Source: an uncultured archaeon (lineage in GTDB: Archaea; Asgardarchaeota; Lokiarchaeia; Sigyniarchaeales; SOKP01). Taken from it: DNA of 24,866 nt. The translations under genes and the position numbers were made by a program. Positions 1-8,403 of the stretch are shown here, in pieces. Location: positions 1 to 24,866 of the forward strand of contig CAYUTF010000046.1 of assembly GCA_964447495.1 (NCBI GenBank), written 5' to 3'. Below the pieces are notes generated by a model, which saw only the letters and a list, made by a program, of their open reading frames with translations, did not search any database and had not been told where the DNA came from. The first letter of the stretch is position 1; every line of letters begins with the position of its first letter.

Positions 1-683
1 CCTGAATCAGGGTCTTCTGAGAACATTACACCCGAAGCTTTAACACCATCTTTCCCACCTGCCATTTCTTGAACTCCTACACTTAACTTTACAGCAAAGT
101 GATCAAATCCCGCTCTTTCTCGATACATGGTTGCCCTAGTTGTAAAAACAGAAGCCATGTCTTTTAAGATATAGTCTAAGACATCTTTTTCTCCGGAAAT
201 ATTTAAATGAGTGTCTTGTTGACCCGCGAAAGATGCATCAGGTAAATCCTCTGCCGTTGCAGAACTACGAATGGCAAATGTTGTTTCTTCTCCTATCTGA
301 AGAACTAATTTGCGATAAGCCACTAGAATCTCATCCCGCAAACTATCGGGTATTTTAGCTTTTTCAATTATGTATCGAATATTTGCACAGAGTTTATCGA
401 CTTCCTCAATAGATTTTATATCTTCTTCCATAAGTTGAGAAGAAATGCGCTTTATATCACGAGATATGAGTTCTCTTAAAGACACTTCCTCTTCCTTTAT
501 AGTGAAAAAATTTGTATCCAATACATAATCAAAAGCTTTGGCTGTTACAGCAAAACCTAAAGGTACAGGAATTCCAAAAGAGAGTAATTCTCCAAGAGAG
601 GAATTCTTTCCTCCCACAATTGGAACATCCTCTTTTCGAACATCTTCAAAAAATCGAATAAAGTCGTATTTTTTAGCTTCCAT
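1..683 (-). CDS. ppsA: Phosphoenolpyruvate synthase (pyruvate,water dikinase), N-terminal part; runs off the window edge
   Basis: Not in the ORF track; translated by hand from ATG at 683: MEAKKYDFIRFFEDVRKEDVPIVGGKNSSLGELLSFGIPVPLGFAVTA...VRSSATAEDLPDASFAGQQDTHLNI. The VGGK..LGE and RSSATAEDLP.ASFAGQQ motifs are typical of the PEP synthase nucleotide-binding domain. Confidence 0.93.
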   Translation of the reverse strand, partial: MEAKKYDFIRFFEDVRKEDVPIVGGKNSSLGELLSFGIPVPLGFAVTAKAFDYVLDTNFFTIKEEEVSLRELISRDIKRISSQLMEEDIKSIEEVDKLCANIRYIIEKAKIPDSLRDEILVAYRKLVLQIGEETTFAIRSSATAEDLPDASFAGQQDTHLNISGEKDVLDYILKDMASVFTTRATMYRERAGFDHFAVKLSVGVQEMAGGKDGVKASGVMFSEDPDS

Positions 684-749
684 AAGAAACGGTGGTTAAA
701 GTTTATTTTTAAATAAATTTTGAAGTTTTTTTAATAATAATTAACCTAC

Positions 750-759
750 AAAAAAAAAA
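750..759 (-). terminator. Possible archaeal oligo-U terminator
   Basis: A10 on the + strand (T10 on -) about 45 nt downstream of the stop of 805..1410(-). Positional inference only. Confidence 0.3.
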
Positions 760-804
760 GTAAGCATTCCTATAAAGTTCTTTTCTGATGGGTTAGCTAA
801 TTTA

Positions 805-1410
805 TTATCTTACTAAAATTCCAAATTTTTTCTTATAAAGATAGATTCCAATAACAGAAAAGATAAGCATATAAAAGGAATAAACTTCGGTAAAGGAAGT
901 AGGTACAATTTCATATAAACCAGTAATAATATCCCAACGTTGGAAGTTGTCATAACTACTCATAAAAATTAAGAAAAATAAGAAACTCCACAGTAGATGT
1001 CTCTTACTTATTGGAATCTTTTGGTGAAGAATAATAAATAGTTGAAATAGACCAATTGCTAAATGAAGAATAGGGCCTACAATTAAACTAAATGCATCAA
1101 CAACTACAGAAATCATAGAAATTGCGATATTAATAAACCCATAAAACGTAATACAAGAAATTGTATTAAGTAATACCGATTCAAACTTAAATATGCAGGT
1201 TAAACCAATTAAAATTAAGCTCAAATAAGTTGTATATACGAGTGGTTCATACATTCTCACAATGAAAAAGAAATGTATCCAATAATAGACACATCCAATA
1301 AGAATTATCAATCCAAGGATGCTGAAAATAAGTTTAATTTTTTCATTCATTTCTACTATTATTCTAGGTTTGTAAATAGCTCGGGATAACTTTTTAGTAA
1401 ATTCAATCAT
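805..1410 (-). CDS. Hypothetical polytopic membrane protein
   Basis: About 6 hydrophobic segments. No recognised motif. The true start may be the internal Met (MNEKIK). Confidence 0.75.
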   Translation of the reverse strand: MIEFTKKLSRAIYKPRIIVEMNEKIKLIFSILGLIILIGCVYYWIHFFFIVRMYEPLVYTTYLSLILIGLTCIFKFESVLLNTISCITFYGFINIAISMISVVVDAFSLIVGPILHLAIGLFQLFIILHQKIPISKRHLLWSFLFFLIFMSSYDNFQRWDIITGLYEIVPTSFTEVYSFYMLIFSVIGIYLYKKKFGILVR

Positions 1411-1499
1411 TATACTTCAACCATTCTTTTTAAAAGATTTATAATTTGGTGCGAAAAGTGCATTGAATAAGGATTTAAATATATTACTATTAGGTCGAT

Positions 1500-2027
1500 C
1501 TATGCATATATATTTAGCTCTCTCTTAAAAACTTCATAATCTTGTTTTGAATATAAACAAAAAATTACTTCTTTAATCCGTGTGTCTCCTGATAAATATG
1601 CTTTACATGTTGCTAGCATGATTTTTGCACATTTCTCTATAGGATAGCCAAATATACCTGTAGAAATCGCTGGGAATGCAATTGTTTGAAGCATGTTTTC
1701 GTCCATAAGTTTAAGACTATTTAATGTTGCATTTTTTAATTTCTCATCCTCATTACCTTCTCCCATTCGCGGTCCAACGGCATGTATTACATGCTTTGCT
1801 TTCAAGCTTCCTCCAGTTGTAATTACTGCCCCTCCTACATACGTCCCTCCAATTTTGTTGCATTCTTCTTGAATTTTTATGCCTCCTTTTCTTCTTATTG
1901 CGCCAGCAACACCGCCTCCCATAATCAATTGTGAATTGGCAGCATTTACTATCACATCAGAATTTAATTCAGTGATATCTCCCTGAACTAGTAAAATATG
2001 TGAATTTTTTATCTTAAATTCCTTCAT
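1500..2027 (-). CDS. Macrodomain protein (MacroD/YmdB-type ADP-ribose binding/hydrolase)
   Basis: QGDIT, DVIVNAAN, GGGVAGAI, VIHAVGP, AFPAISTGIFGYP motifs. Confidence 0.95.
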   Translation of the reverse strand: MKEFKIKNSHILLVQGDITELNSDVIVNAANSQLIMGGGVAGAIRRKGGIKIQEECNKIGGTYVGGAVITTGGSLKAKHVIHAVGPRMGEGNEDEKLKNATLNSLKLMDENMLQTIAFPAISTGIFGYPIEKCAKIMLATCKAYLSGDTRIKEVIFCLYSKQDYEVFKRELNIYA

Positions 2028-2087
2028 AATTTTTTTGTGTATTTTTATTTGAAAATAATTATAATAAGAATATTAAAAAAAATTATT

Positions 2088-2837
2088 CTAATCTTCTGGA
2101 TTTTCTTGATTTTTCTTGAAAATCTCATCTAGTTTATTTCGATCTTCATCACTCATTTTACTCATTGCTTCCATGTTTTGCCTCATCAAATCCATCATTA
2201 CTTTTTGAGTGATTAACTGAGAGATAACCGGTAATGCGATTCTCATCCTCGTCAATTCATAGAACATTCTCTTTGCAGTATCTCTCATTTCTTTCAGTTC
2301 CTCTTTCGTCATTCCTTCTTCAGATAAACCGGGGCATTCCACATCGACTATAGTGAAATTTTTTCCATCATATTCTAAAGGATAAGTTCGACAACTAAGG
2401 GGGCGATTATCGTATATTAAGCATTCTTTCTTTTCTTTATTGTAGAGAGGGCATTTCTCTTCAAGGAGTTCTTCAATTGGAGTAGGACTAAAAGGATCCC
2501 TTTTTACTTCCGCCCCTTCTTTAGGTTTAGGGGGAAGAGGCTTCAATATCAAATCAACACTGCCATCAGGTTTATTATAAATATCTAGGTAGGGAAGAAA
2601 ATTAGCTACAACGCCATTTTTAGCCCACAATTCCAGATCATAAAATGTTATCGGTATAGGCCCTCGAGAGAGACAGCATTTATCGCATCGAGTACATTTG
2701 AAGGTAAATTTCGCTTTTGAAGGCATTTCTTCAAATTCTTGGGTATCTTTTTCTGTTATCGTTTCTTCTTCTTTAACTTCTTCTTTAACTTCTTCTTTTA
2801 TATCGGTATTCTGATTCTCGTCATTATTTTCTGACAT
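2088..2837 (-). CDS. YkgJ-family (CxxCxxCC) Zn/Fe cysteine-cluster protein
   Basis: FKCTRCDKCC...CPLY...CLIYDNRPLSCRTYP...CPGL; acidic N-terminal tail. Confidence 0.9.
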   Translation of the reverse strand: MSENNDENQNTDIKEEVKEEVKEEETITEKDTQEFEEMPSKAKFTFKCTRCDKCCLSRGPIPITFYDLELWAKNGVVANFLPYLDIYNKPDGSVDLILKPLPPKPKEGAEVKRDPFSPTPIEELLEEKCPLYNKEKKECLIYDNRPLSCRTYPLEYDGKNFTIVDVECPGLSEEGMTKEELKEMRDTAKRMFYELTRMRIALPVISQLITQKVMMDLMRQNMEAMSKMSDEDRNKLDEIFKKNQENPED

Positions 2838-2911
2838 ATATCCACACTTATTTATAATTTTATAATTTATTTCTATTTCAAGATTTTTTTCAAGGTTATG
2901 AATTTTCGGTC

Positions 2912-2920
2912 AAAAAAAAA
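2912..2920 (-). terminator. Possible archaeal oligo-U terminator of tbp
   Basis: A9 on the + strand about 44 nt downstream of the tbp stop, a similar spacing to the tract at 750-759. Confidence 0.3.
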
Positions 2921-2963
2921 TTTTACCCTTACTTTTTTAAGAATCATTCTATATAATTTCAAA

Positions 2964-3542
2964 TTAGTCTTTGAAAAGACCCTCATCTTTAATAAGTTTG
3001 CCAATATGGATTAAACAAGGCTCTATCACTTCCTTATTATTAATTCCTGTAAAAACAATTTTTCCTGTGCTAAAAATCAAAAATACACTTTTCACAGGAT
3101 TATTATTTTTATACATAAGACCAGGGAAGACTTCTGGTTCATATATCGCGTTTTCTAATACTACTGAGGCGAGGTCCAAATCAATTTTATTATGCAAATC
3201 AGCAGTTATCACAATATTCACTACTTTATACTCAACATTTTCTTTTCGCAATTTTATACTAACAATATTTTCACTATTAATTTGCTCTAATAAAAATACT
3301 AAGACATGATCGATATCGTCAAATTTTTTTAGTCCTGTTAAAATCATTTTACCATTTCTAAATATGATAAATACAGATTTAGGAAAATTAATTCGCAAAA
3401 AAAGTCCGGGAAAGCGACTAGGATTATAATTACAATTTTTCAAAGAAGATTGCACTTTTATTAAATTCAGACTTAGGTTTAGATTTAGCTTAACTACGAT
3501 GTTCTGTATTGAATACGTTAAACTATTTTTATTTTCATTCAA
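2964..3542 (-). CDS. tbp: TATA-box binding protein (divergent)
   Basis: Two TBP repeats: IQNIV...YNPSRFPGL...IFRNGKMILTG and VVNIV...YEPEVFPGL...IFSTGKIVFTG. TTG start. Confidence 0.93.
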   Translation of the reverse strand: MNENKNSLTYSIQNIVVKLNLNLSLNLIKVQSSLKNCNYNPSRFPGLFLRINFPKSVFIIFRNGKMILTGLKKFDDIDHVLVFLLEQINSENIVSIKLRKENVEYKVVNIVITADLHNKIDLDLASVVLENAIYEPEVFPGLMYKNNNPVKSVFLIFSTGKIVFTGINNKEVIEPCLIHIGKLIKDEGLFKD

Positions 3543-3739
3543 TTCAAATCGCTAATTCTCCCTTAAATCTCTAAGATAAATTGAAGAGATCAACCTCAAT
3601 AATACAATTTTAATAGGATAGCTTTCTATTTAAGACTACTGAATCACCAAAAAGCCGAGAAGTCTTCTTAATACGGCTGTTTTTGTTTGTGCCATCTAAA
3701 ATGGAATACTTTAAGATTATAACAAAAAAAGTTATAGTA

Positions 3740-3759
3740 TATAAAATTTTATAAAATTT
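3740..3759. promoter_or_regulatory. Candidate bidirectional TATA element between divergent tbp and archaeosortase genes
   Basis: Overlapping perfect palindromes TATAAAATTTTATA (3740-3753) and AAATTTTATAAAATTT (3744-3759), about 40 nt upstream of GAGGAG..ATG at 3796. Confidence 0.35.
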
Positions 3760-3795
3760 CATGCCTTTTCTAAAGAAAGATATTAAGAGGAGATT

Positions 3796-4833
3796 ATGAG
3801 CTTACATCTTAAAAATAATTATTTAATCATAATAATTTTATCAGTTCAACTAATTTTAGCCTTTATCTTTGGTTTTTATTCCATTTCTAGTTCTAATGGA
3901 TTTAATTTTATTTTTATAAGTTTAGCCTGTTTATTGGCCGTTTTTCATCTGTTCTACACAAATTTTTCATTATCAAATTTCTCATCTCTAAGAGATAAAA
4001 TAAAGAATATCGTTTATTTAACTATTAATTTAATCTTTTCATATGTTATTGGTTTTTCAATTTCAGTAATGGAGTCGATTTCTAAGTATAATTTTGGTAT
4101 AACTATGCTCCCACTATTAATACTTTTCATCTACATTTTAATCGATAAATATTTTCGCCAAACGAGTGATTTTACTACTTTAGAAAAAAAGAATATAGGA
4201 AAAAATCGTCTTTCGATTGAATTTGACAATAAAAAATACATTTTTAAAACCAATTCACTCATTTTATTCGCAATAGGAACGCCAATATTATCTTTTGTAA
4301 TATATTTATTTTTTGATCTGGAGGCAAATTATTGGCTTCATGAAATTGTTGTTAAGCAGACAGTATATATTCTTAATTTATTCTTCAATATGGGAGCAGA
4401 AGCTGTATATAATCCTATAGGAAAATATCATTGGAATTTTATAGTTCCTGGAAAGTCAAGTATCTATTTCGAGACATTTTGTACCGGCATTCAAGCAATT
4501 TGCGTCTTTGCGGGGTTAATCTTCTTTATTCCGCATTCACAAGATGAGGAGACAAATAAAAATATTTTATGGAGAAAAGCAAAATCATTGATTGTATCTT
4601 CAATTATATTTTATGTCGTCAATATCATTAGAATGTTGATACAGATTTATTTATACTATATAGGCTATCCTTGGGATAGTATTCACGTGAGTATTAGCGC
4701 AGCATCGAGTTTTATCGCAGCAATCATTATTCTTTTACTTCATAAATGGATTCCAGAATTTATAATTTCCATAATTTATGCTGGAACACTAATTAAAGAA
4801 CGATTTAAATCTAAAGGTAAAGATAATCGATAA
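3796..4833 (+). CDS. Archaeosortase/exosortase-family membrane transpeptidase with an extra N-terminal 4-TM region
   Basis: Multi-TM protein with the family triad in the expected order: C229 (FETFCTG), R279 (VNIIR), H297 (WDSIH). SD-like GAGGAG upstream. Confidence 0.85.
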   Translation: MSLHLKNNYLIIIILSVQLILAFIFGFYSISSSNGFNFIFISLACLLAVFHLFYTNFSLSNFSSLRDKIKNIVYLTINLIFSYVIGFSISVMESISKYNFGITMLPLLILFIYILIDKYFRQTSDFTTLEKKNIGKNRLSIEFDNKKYIFKTNSLILFAIGTPILSFVIYLFFDLEANYWLHEIVVKQTVYILNLFFNMGAEAVYNPIGKYHWNFIVPGKSSIYFETFCTGIQAICVFAGLIFFIPHSQDEETNKNILWRKAKSLIVSSIIFYVVNIIRMLIQIYLYYIGYPWDSIHVSISAASSFIAAIIILLLHKWIPEFIISIIYAGTLIKERFKSKGKDNR

Positions 4834-4937
4834 ATTTAAGCAAATTTTATAAAATATAAACTTAGTTGTTAATTAATATCAATAAAATTAAGAATTGCCT
4901 AATGCATCTAATTAAAGAATAAAAATAGTGATAATTA

Positions 4938-5840
4938 ATGTTAGAATATGAAAAAGAACAAAAAGTAGTTAATGTAGCAGGTGTAAAGATCGGAGGACAA
5001 CCAGGCGAAAATCCAACGGTTATGGTTGCTACAGTATTCTATACAAATCATGCAGCTTTATTGGATGAAAAGACAGGAAATATTGATAGGGAAATATTAG
5101 AGAGAGAATTAAATGAATACGAAGAAATAATTGAAGATACTGGTATGCAAGGTATTATTGATATTGTTGGAGGATATCCTGAAGCCTTAATTAAGGAATG
5201 TGAAATAGTTGCTGACTTAATCGATTATCCTTTTCTCGTTGATGGGTTGAATGATAGTGCTCGTATACCTGCTCTGAAAGGTTTAAAAGAGATTGGTTTG
5301 CTTGATCGCGCGATTTTGAATAGCATTGATGATGCTACTACCGATGAAAGCTTACAAAAATTAAAAAGTTATGGTGTTAAGAACGCTGTGTTATTAACTT
5401 TCGGAAATAGATACATATATCCTGAACAAAAGTTAAAATTCTTAAATGAAAGTTTGATTCCTAAAGCTAAAAACGCAGGGATTGAAAATATAATAGTTGA
5501 TACTGCGGTTTTGGATTTGCCTTCTATTAGCATCAATGCTGAAACTGTAAGATTAATTAAAACACAATTAGGAATACCTGCTGGATTTGCTCCGGCAAAT
5601 GCTATCTATGCTTGGAATTATGTGAAAAAGTATGGGGAATCCGCAAGATGTGGTGCAATTGCATCCTTAATGTCCTATTGTCTTAATTCGGGGGGAGATT
5701 TCGTGTTATATGGTCCAATTAAATTTGCAAAATGCATTATCCCGGCATTATCATTGCTATCAGCTGTAAATTCTTATTATAGAAAACGAATACTTCGAAA
5801 GAATATCTCTGAACGCACTCCACTGAGAAAAGTATTTTAA
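4938..5840 (+). CDS. mtrH: MtrH/MtgA-like pterin-binding methyltransferase
   Basis: EQKVVNVAGVKIGGQPGENPTV, AILNSI, IVDTAVLD, GFAPANA, GDFVLYGPI match the MtrH family. Confidence 0.88.
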   Translation: MLEYEKEQKVVNVAGVKIGGQPGENPTVMVATVFYTNHAALLDEKTGNIDREILERELNEYEEIIEDTGMQGIIDIVGGYPEALIKECEIVADLIDYPFLVDGLNDSARIPALKGLKEIGLLDRAILNSIDDATTDESLQKLKSYGVKNAVLLTFGNRYIYPEQKLKFLNESLIPKAKNAGIENIIVDTAVLDLPSISINAETVRLIKTQLGIPAGFAPANAIYAWNYVKKYGESARCGAIASLMSYCLNSGGDFVLYGPIKFAKCIIPALSLLSAVNSYYRKRILRKNISERTPLRKVF

Positions 5841-7342
5841 GAAATATATCTAAGCAGAAGATCTTGAGTTTGATTAAGAAAATGAGGTAAGTTATTATTT
5901 ATATTCAACTTTTTCTTTTCATCATCAAGTAAAAAGAGAATAAACATATCGGAATCAGATACCGTAATTCTTTTAAAAAATATCACAGAATTTGCTACTT
6001 TGAAAATAGCTTCATCCTTGTTAAGTGCTTTATATCTTGAAAAAATCTTAAATAACATCGCAAATTGTGGAGCAGTTATCTCGAAAACATTAATCATCTC
6101 TTCTGATTTTGGCATTTCTGTTAGACTCATAGCTTCAGGGGTATAGTAATCTGCTAGAACTAACCCATCCATGCTTAAGAGTAATGATAGATATGTTTCT
6201 GTCTGTGTTGAAAATCTACTTAAATTATATTTGATAAGATCTCGATTTGGGCTTAGTTTTGAAATGCCCGAAGAAAAGGCTCTTAAAATAGAGAATAATT
6301 GAAATATACTGGTGTTATAAATCTCGGGTCTTCCTTCTCGCGAAATCTTTTTCAATTCTTTAGAAATTTCTTTGATATTTTCTTTTATTTGAACAGTCTC
6401 AATAATGTCAGGATCTCCCTTAGACAAAATGAAAATTATTGGAGTTTCTTGTTCAAAACTGTCTAAAATTTTCTTTATTTTACTAAAATATTCAATACTT
6501 TCTTCAAATCTGTTACGATTTTTAATATCTATGAAATAAAATAATAAATCCGCTTCATATAAATAGAGCTGTGCTTTACTTAAATATTTCTTACGTAAGC
6601 TTAATTGACCGCCTAAATCCCATAAAAAAATCGTGGCTCCCAAAGCCTCGATTGAATTCACTTTCGCTCCTTTCGTCGGTTTTAGCCCGATTAACTTTGA
6701 ATATTTTCTATCTACCGAGAGTAAGAAAGATGTTTTTCCAGAGTCATCAAGGCCAGCCATAATAATTTTCAATTTCCTATGAGCCGAAATGGGAGTAGTG
6801 GGTGCATGTTCGATTGATAAGATTTCAGTAACAAGGGTTTTAAATAAGGGCTCAACATAATCTTGAGGTTTAAATTCTTGGCTAATTTCTTTATCAAATT
6901 CTTTAAAAAAATCAAGAATTAATATTTTAATCCTCTCAATATTATTGTACAAAAAACTTCTTTTTGTTTCATCTATTAAAATAGAAAATGCTGATGGTAG
7001 GGGATTTTCATTGAACTTTTGATCTGAGAAGTGAAAATAGGTTAAGGAAGTTAATTTATAATCAGGAAACGGAATAATACCAAAATATTGATAATTAGAC
7101 ACATCTTTTTTTTCTAAAATACTTCCGTCTCCAATTAATAGGCTTAAATTTTTAATAGAGATTTGAGTTGCATCTCTAGTAGTTAAATATACAATATCAT
7201 TCTCTATCTTATGTGAAGGATTTGTATTATCCTTATTATTCTTTATAACTTTAGGAAAGACGTAAATTGCTTGAGGCCCTAGTTCACCATAGGCTGAAAA
7301 AACTATTGATTTGATAATTGAGGATTTAATTAATTCTTCCAT
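5837..7342 (-). CDS. Longin/uDENN-like + small GTPase (Arf/Rag-like) + roadblock-like fusion protein
   Basis: G1 GLDDSGKTS, G2 KPTKG, G3 WDLGGQ, G4 SKGD, G5 TSI. N-terminal SIVFSAYGELGPQAIYVFP. C-terminal LLSMDGLVLA roadblock-like hairpin. Stop overlaps the convergent mtrH stop by 4 nt. Confidence 0.85.
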   Translation of the reverse strand: MEELIKSSIIKSIVFSAYGELGPQAIYVFPKVIKNNKDNTNPSHKIENDIVYLTTRDATQISIKNLSLLIGDGSILEKKDVSNYQYFGIIPFPDYKLTSLTYFHFSDQKFNENPLPSAFSILIDETKRSFLYNNIERIKILILDFFKEFDKEISQEFKPQDYVEPLFKTLVTEILSIEHAPTTPISAHRKLKIIMAGLDDSGKTSFLLSVDRKYSKLIGLKPTKGAKVNSIEALGATIFLWDLGGQLSLRKKYLSKAQLYLYEADLLFYFIDIKNRNRFEESIEYFSKIKKILDSFEQETPIIFILSKGDPDIIETVQIKENIKEISKELKKISREGRPEIYNTSIFQLFSILRAFSSGISKLSPNRDLIKYNLSRFSTQTETYLSLLLSMDGLVLADYYTPEAMSLTEMPKSEEMINVFEITAPQFAMLFKIFSRYKALNKDEAIFKVANSVIFFKRITVSDSDMFILFLLDDEKKKLNINNNLPHFLNQTQDLLLRYIS

Positions 7343-7436
7343 AAACCATTTTTACTTATTAATTAATTTTTAAAATAATAATTATTGAATTTAATATGGG
7401 TAATTAATTATTAATAAATTTAGATTTGATACTAAA

Positions 7437-8393
7437 ATGCTTCATGAAATTGCTGAATCAATTCGAAATAATGAGAATATAATTGAAAAAAAAGAAATAA
7501 ATCCCATAATTGAATACATTAACAATAATACTTTTAAAAGTAGCCGAATTTATTCTGATATCGGGGAGGATTCTGCTGCAATAAATGATAAAGATACATA
7601 TATCTTAGTTACAACAGATAGAATTAACACAAAATTTCTAAAAAATTTTCCCTTTGGAGCAGGTTTTAGCTCAATTTTGGTAGGTGTGGATGATGTTTAT
7701 TGTTGTGGAGGAACGCCACTAGCAGCAAGCCTAATTCTTTCATATGAAAACCCAAAAATAGGGCAAGAAATTATTGAAGGGATTTGTGAAGGATCTAAAA
7801 AATTTAGGGTTCCGATTATTAGAGGACACACAAAACCAAGAGGTAAGTCTTATGAATTAAGCTCTACAATGATTGGAGAAATTAAAAAGGAAGATTATAT
7901 CTCAGCAACAAATGCAAAAGTCGGTGATTCTATAATTTTAGCAGTAGATTTCGATGGTAAAGTTGGAAAAGCAAGCAAATTATATTGGGATACAGTAACA
8001 TTTAAATCTTCAGAAGAGGTTTTAAATAAAAGAAAAGCAATGAATCAAATTGCGAAACATCATATTGTTAATGCTTCGAAAGATATTTCTAATGCTGGAA
8101 TTTTCGGATCTATATTACAATTAACTAAATATTCTTCTGTTGGAGCAAATATTAACATAGATTCTATGAAAATTCCTCCCAAATTAATTGCTCAAAATTA
8201 CACTTTAGAAACCTATTTTAAGATGTATCTTACAACCTCATATGTTTTAACAGCGCCATTAGAAAACTGTGATGATGCATTAAAAATTTTTCACGCCTAT
8301 GGATTAGAAGCGGGGATTATTGGTGAAATTATTAAAGAAAATATATTAAGAATTCATAACTCAAAAGACTCAATAGATGTGATTAAATATTAA
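7437..8393 (+). CDS. AIR synthase (PurM/ThiL/HypE) superfamily protein, resembling the methanogenesis-marker-2/sll0787 group
   Basis: IGEDSAAI, TTD, VDDVYCCGGTP, RGHT, KDISNAG motifs. Confidence 0.8.
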   Translation: MLHEIAESIRNNENIIEKKEINPIIEYINNNTFKSSRIYSDIGEDSAAINDKDTYILVTTDRINTKFLKNFPFGAGFSSILVGVDDVYCCGGTPLAASLILSYENPKIGQEIIEGICEGSKKFRVPIIRGHTKPRGKSYELSSTMIGEIKKEDYISATNAKVGDSIILAVDFDGKVGKASKLYWDTVTFKSSEEVLNKRKAMNQIAKHHIVNASKDISNAGIFGSILQLTKYSSVGANINIDSMKIPPKLIAQNYTLETYFKMYLTTSYVLTAPLENCDDALKIFHAYGLEAGIIGEIIKENILRIHNSKDSIDVIKY

Positions 8394-8403
8394 AGGTATT
8401 GTA

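Noticed and set aside
1500-2027. Macrodomain as part of a toxin-antitoxin or defence system
   Set aside because: Stand-alone canonical MacroD-type protein with no ADP-ribosyltransferase or sirtuin neighbour.
2763-2800. 12-bp tandem repeat (ACTTCTTCTTTA-like) in the YkgJ gene
   Set aside because: In-frame coding repeat for KEEV units in an acidic tail; about 3 copies, no spacers, not CRISPR.
2971-3309. 112-aa + strand ORF
   Set aside because: Antisense shadow of tbp.
6571-6762. 63-aa + strand ORF
   Set aside because: Antisense to the GTPase domain; no motifs.
4938-8393. MtrH-like plus marker-2-like genes as evidence of methanogenesis
   Set aside because: Both families occur in non-methanogens; no mcr or other mtr subunits are present here.
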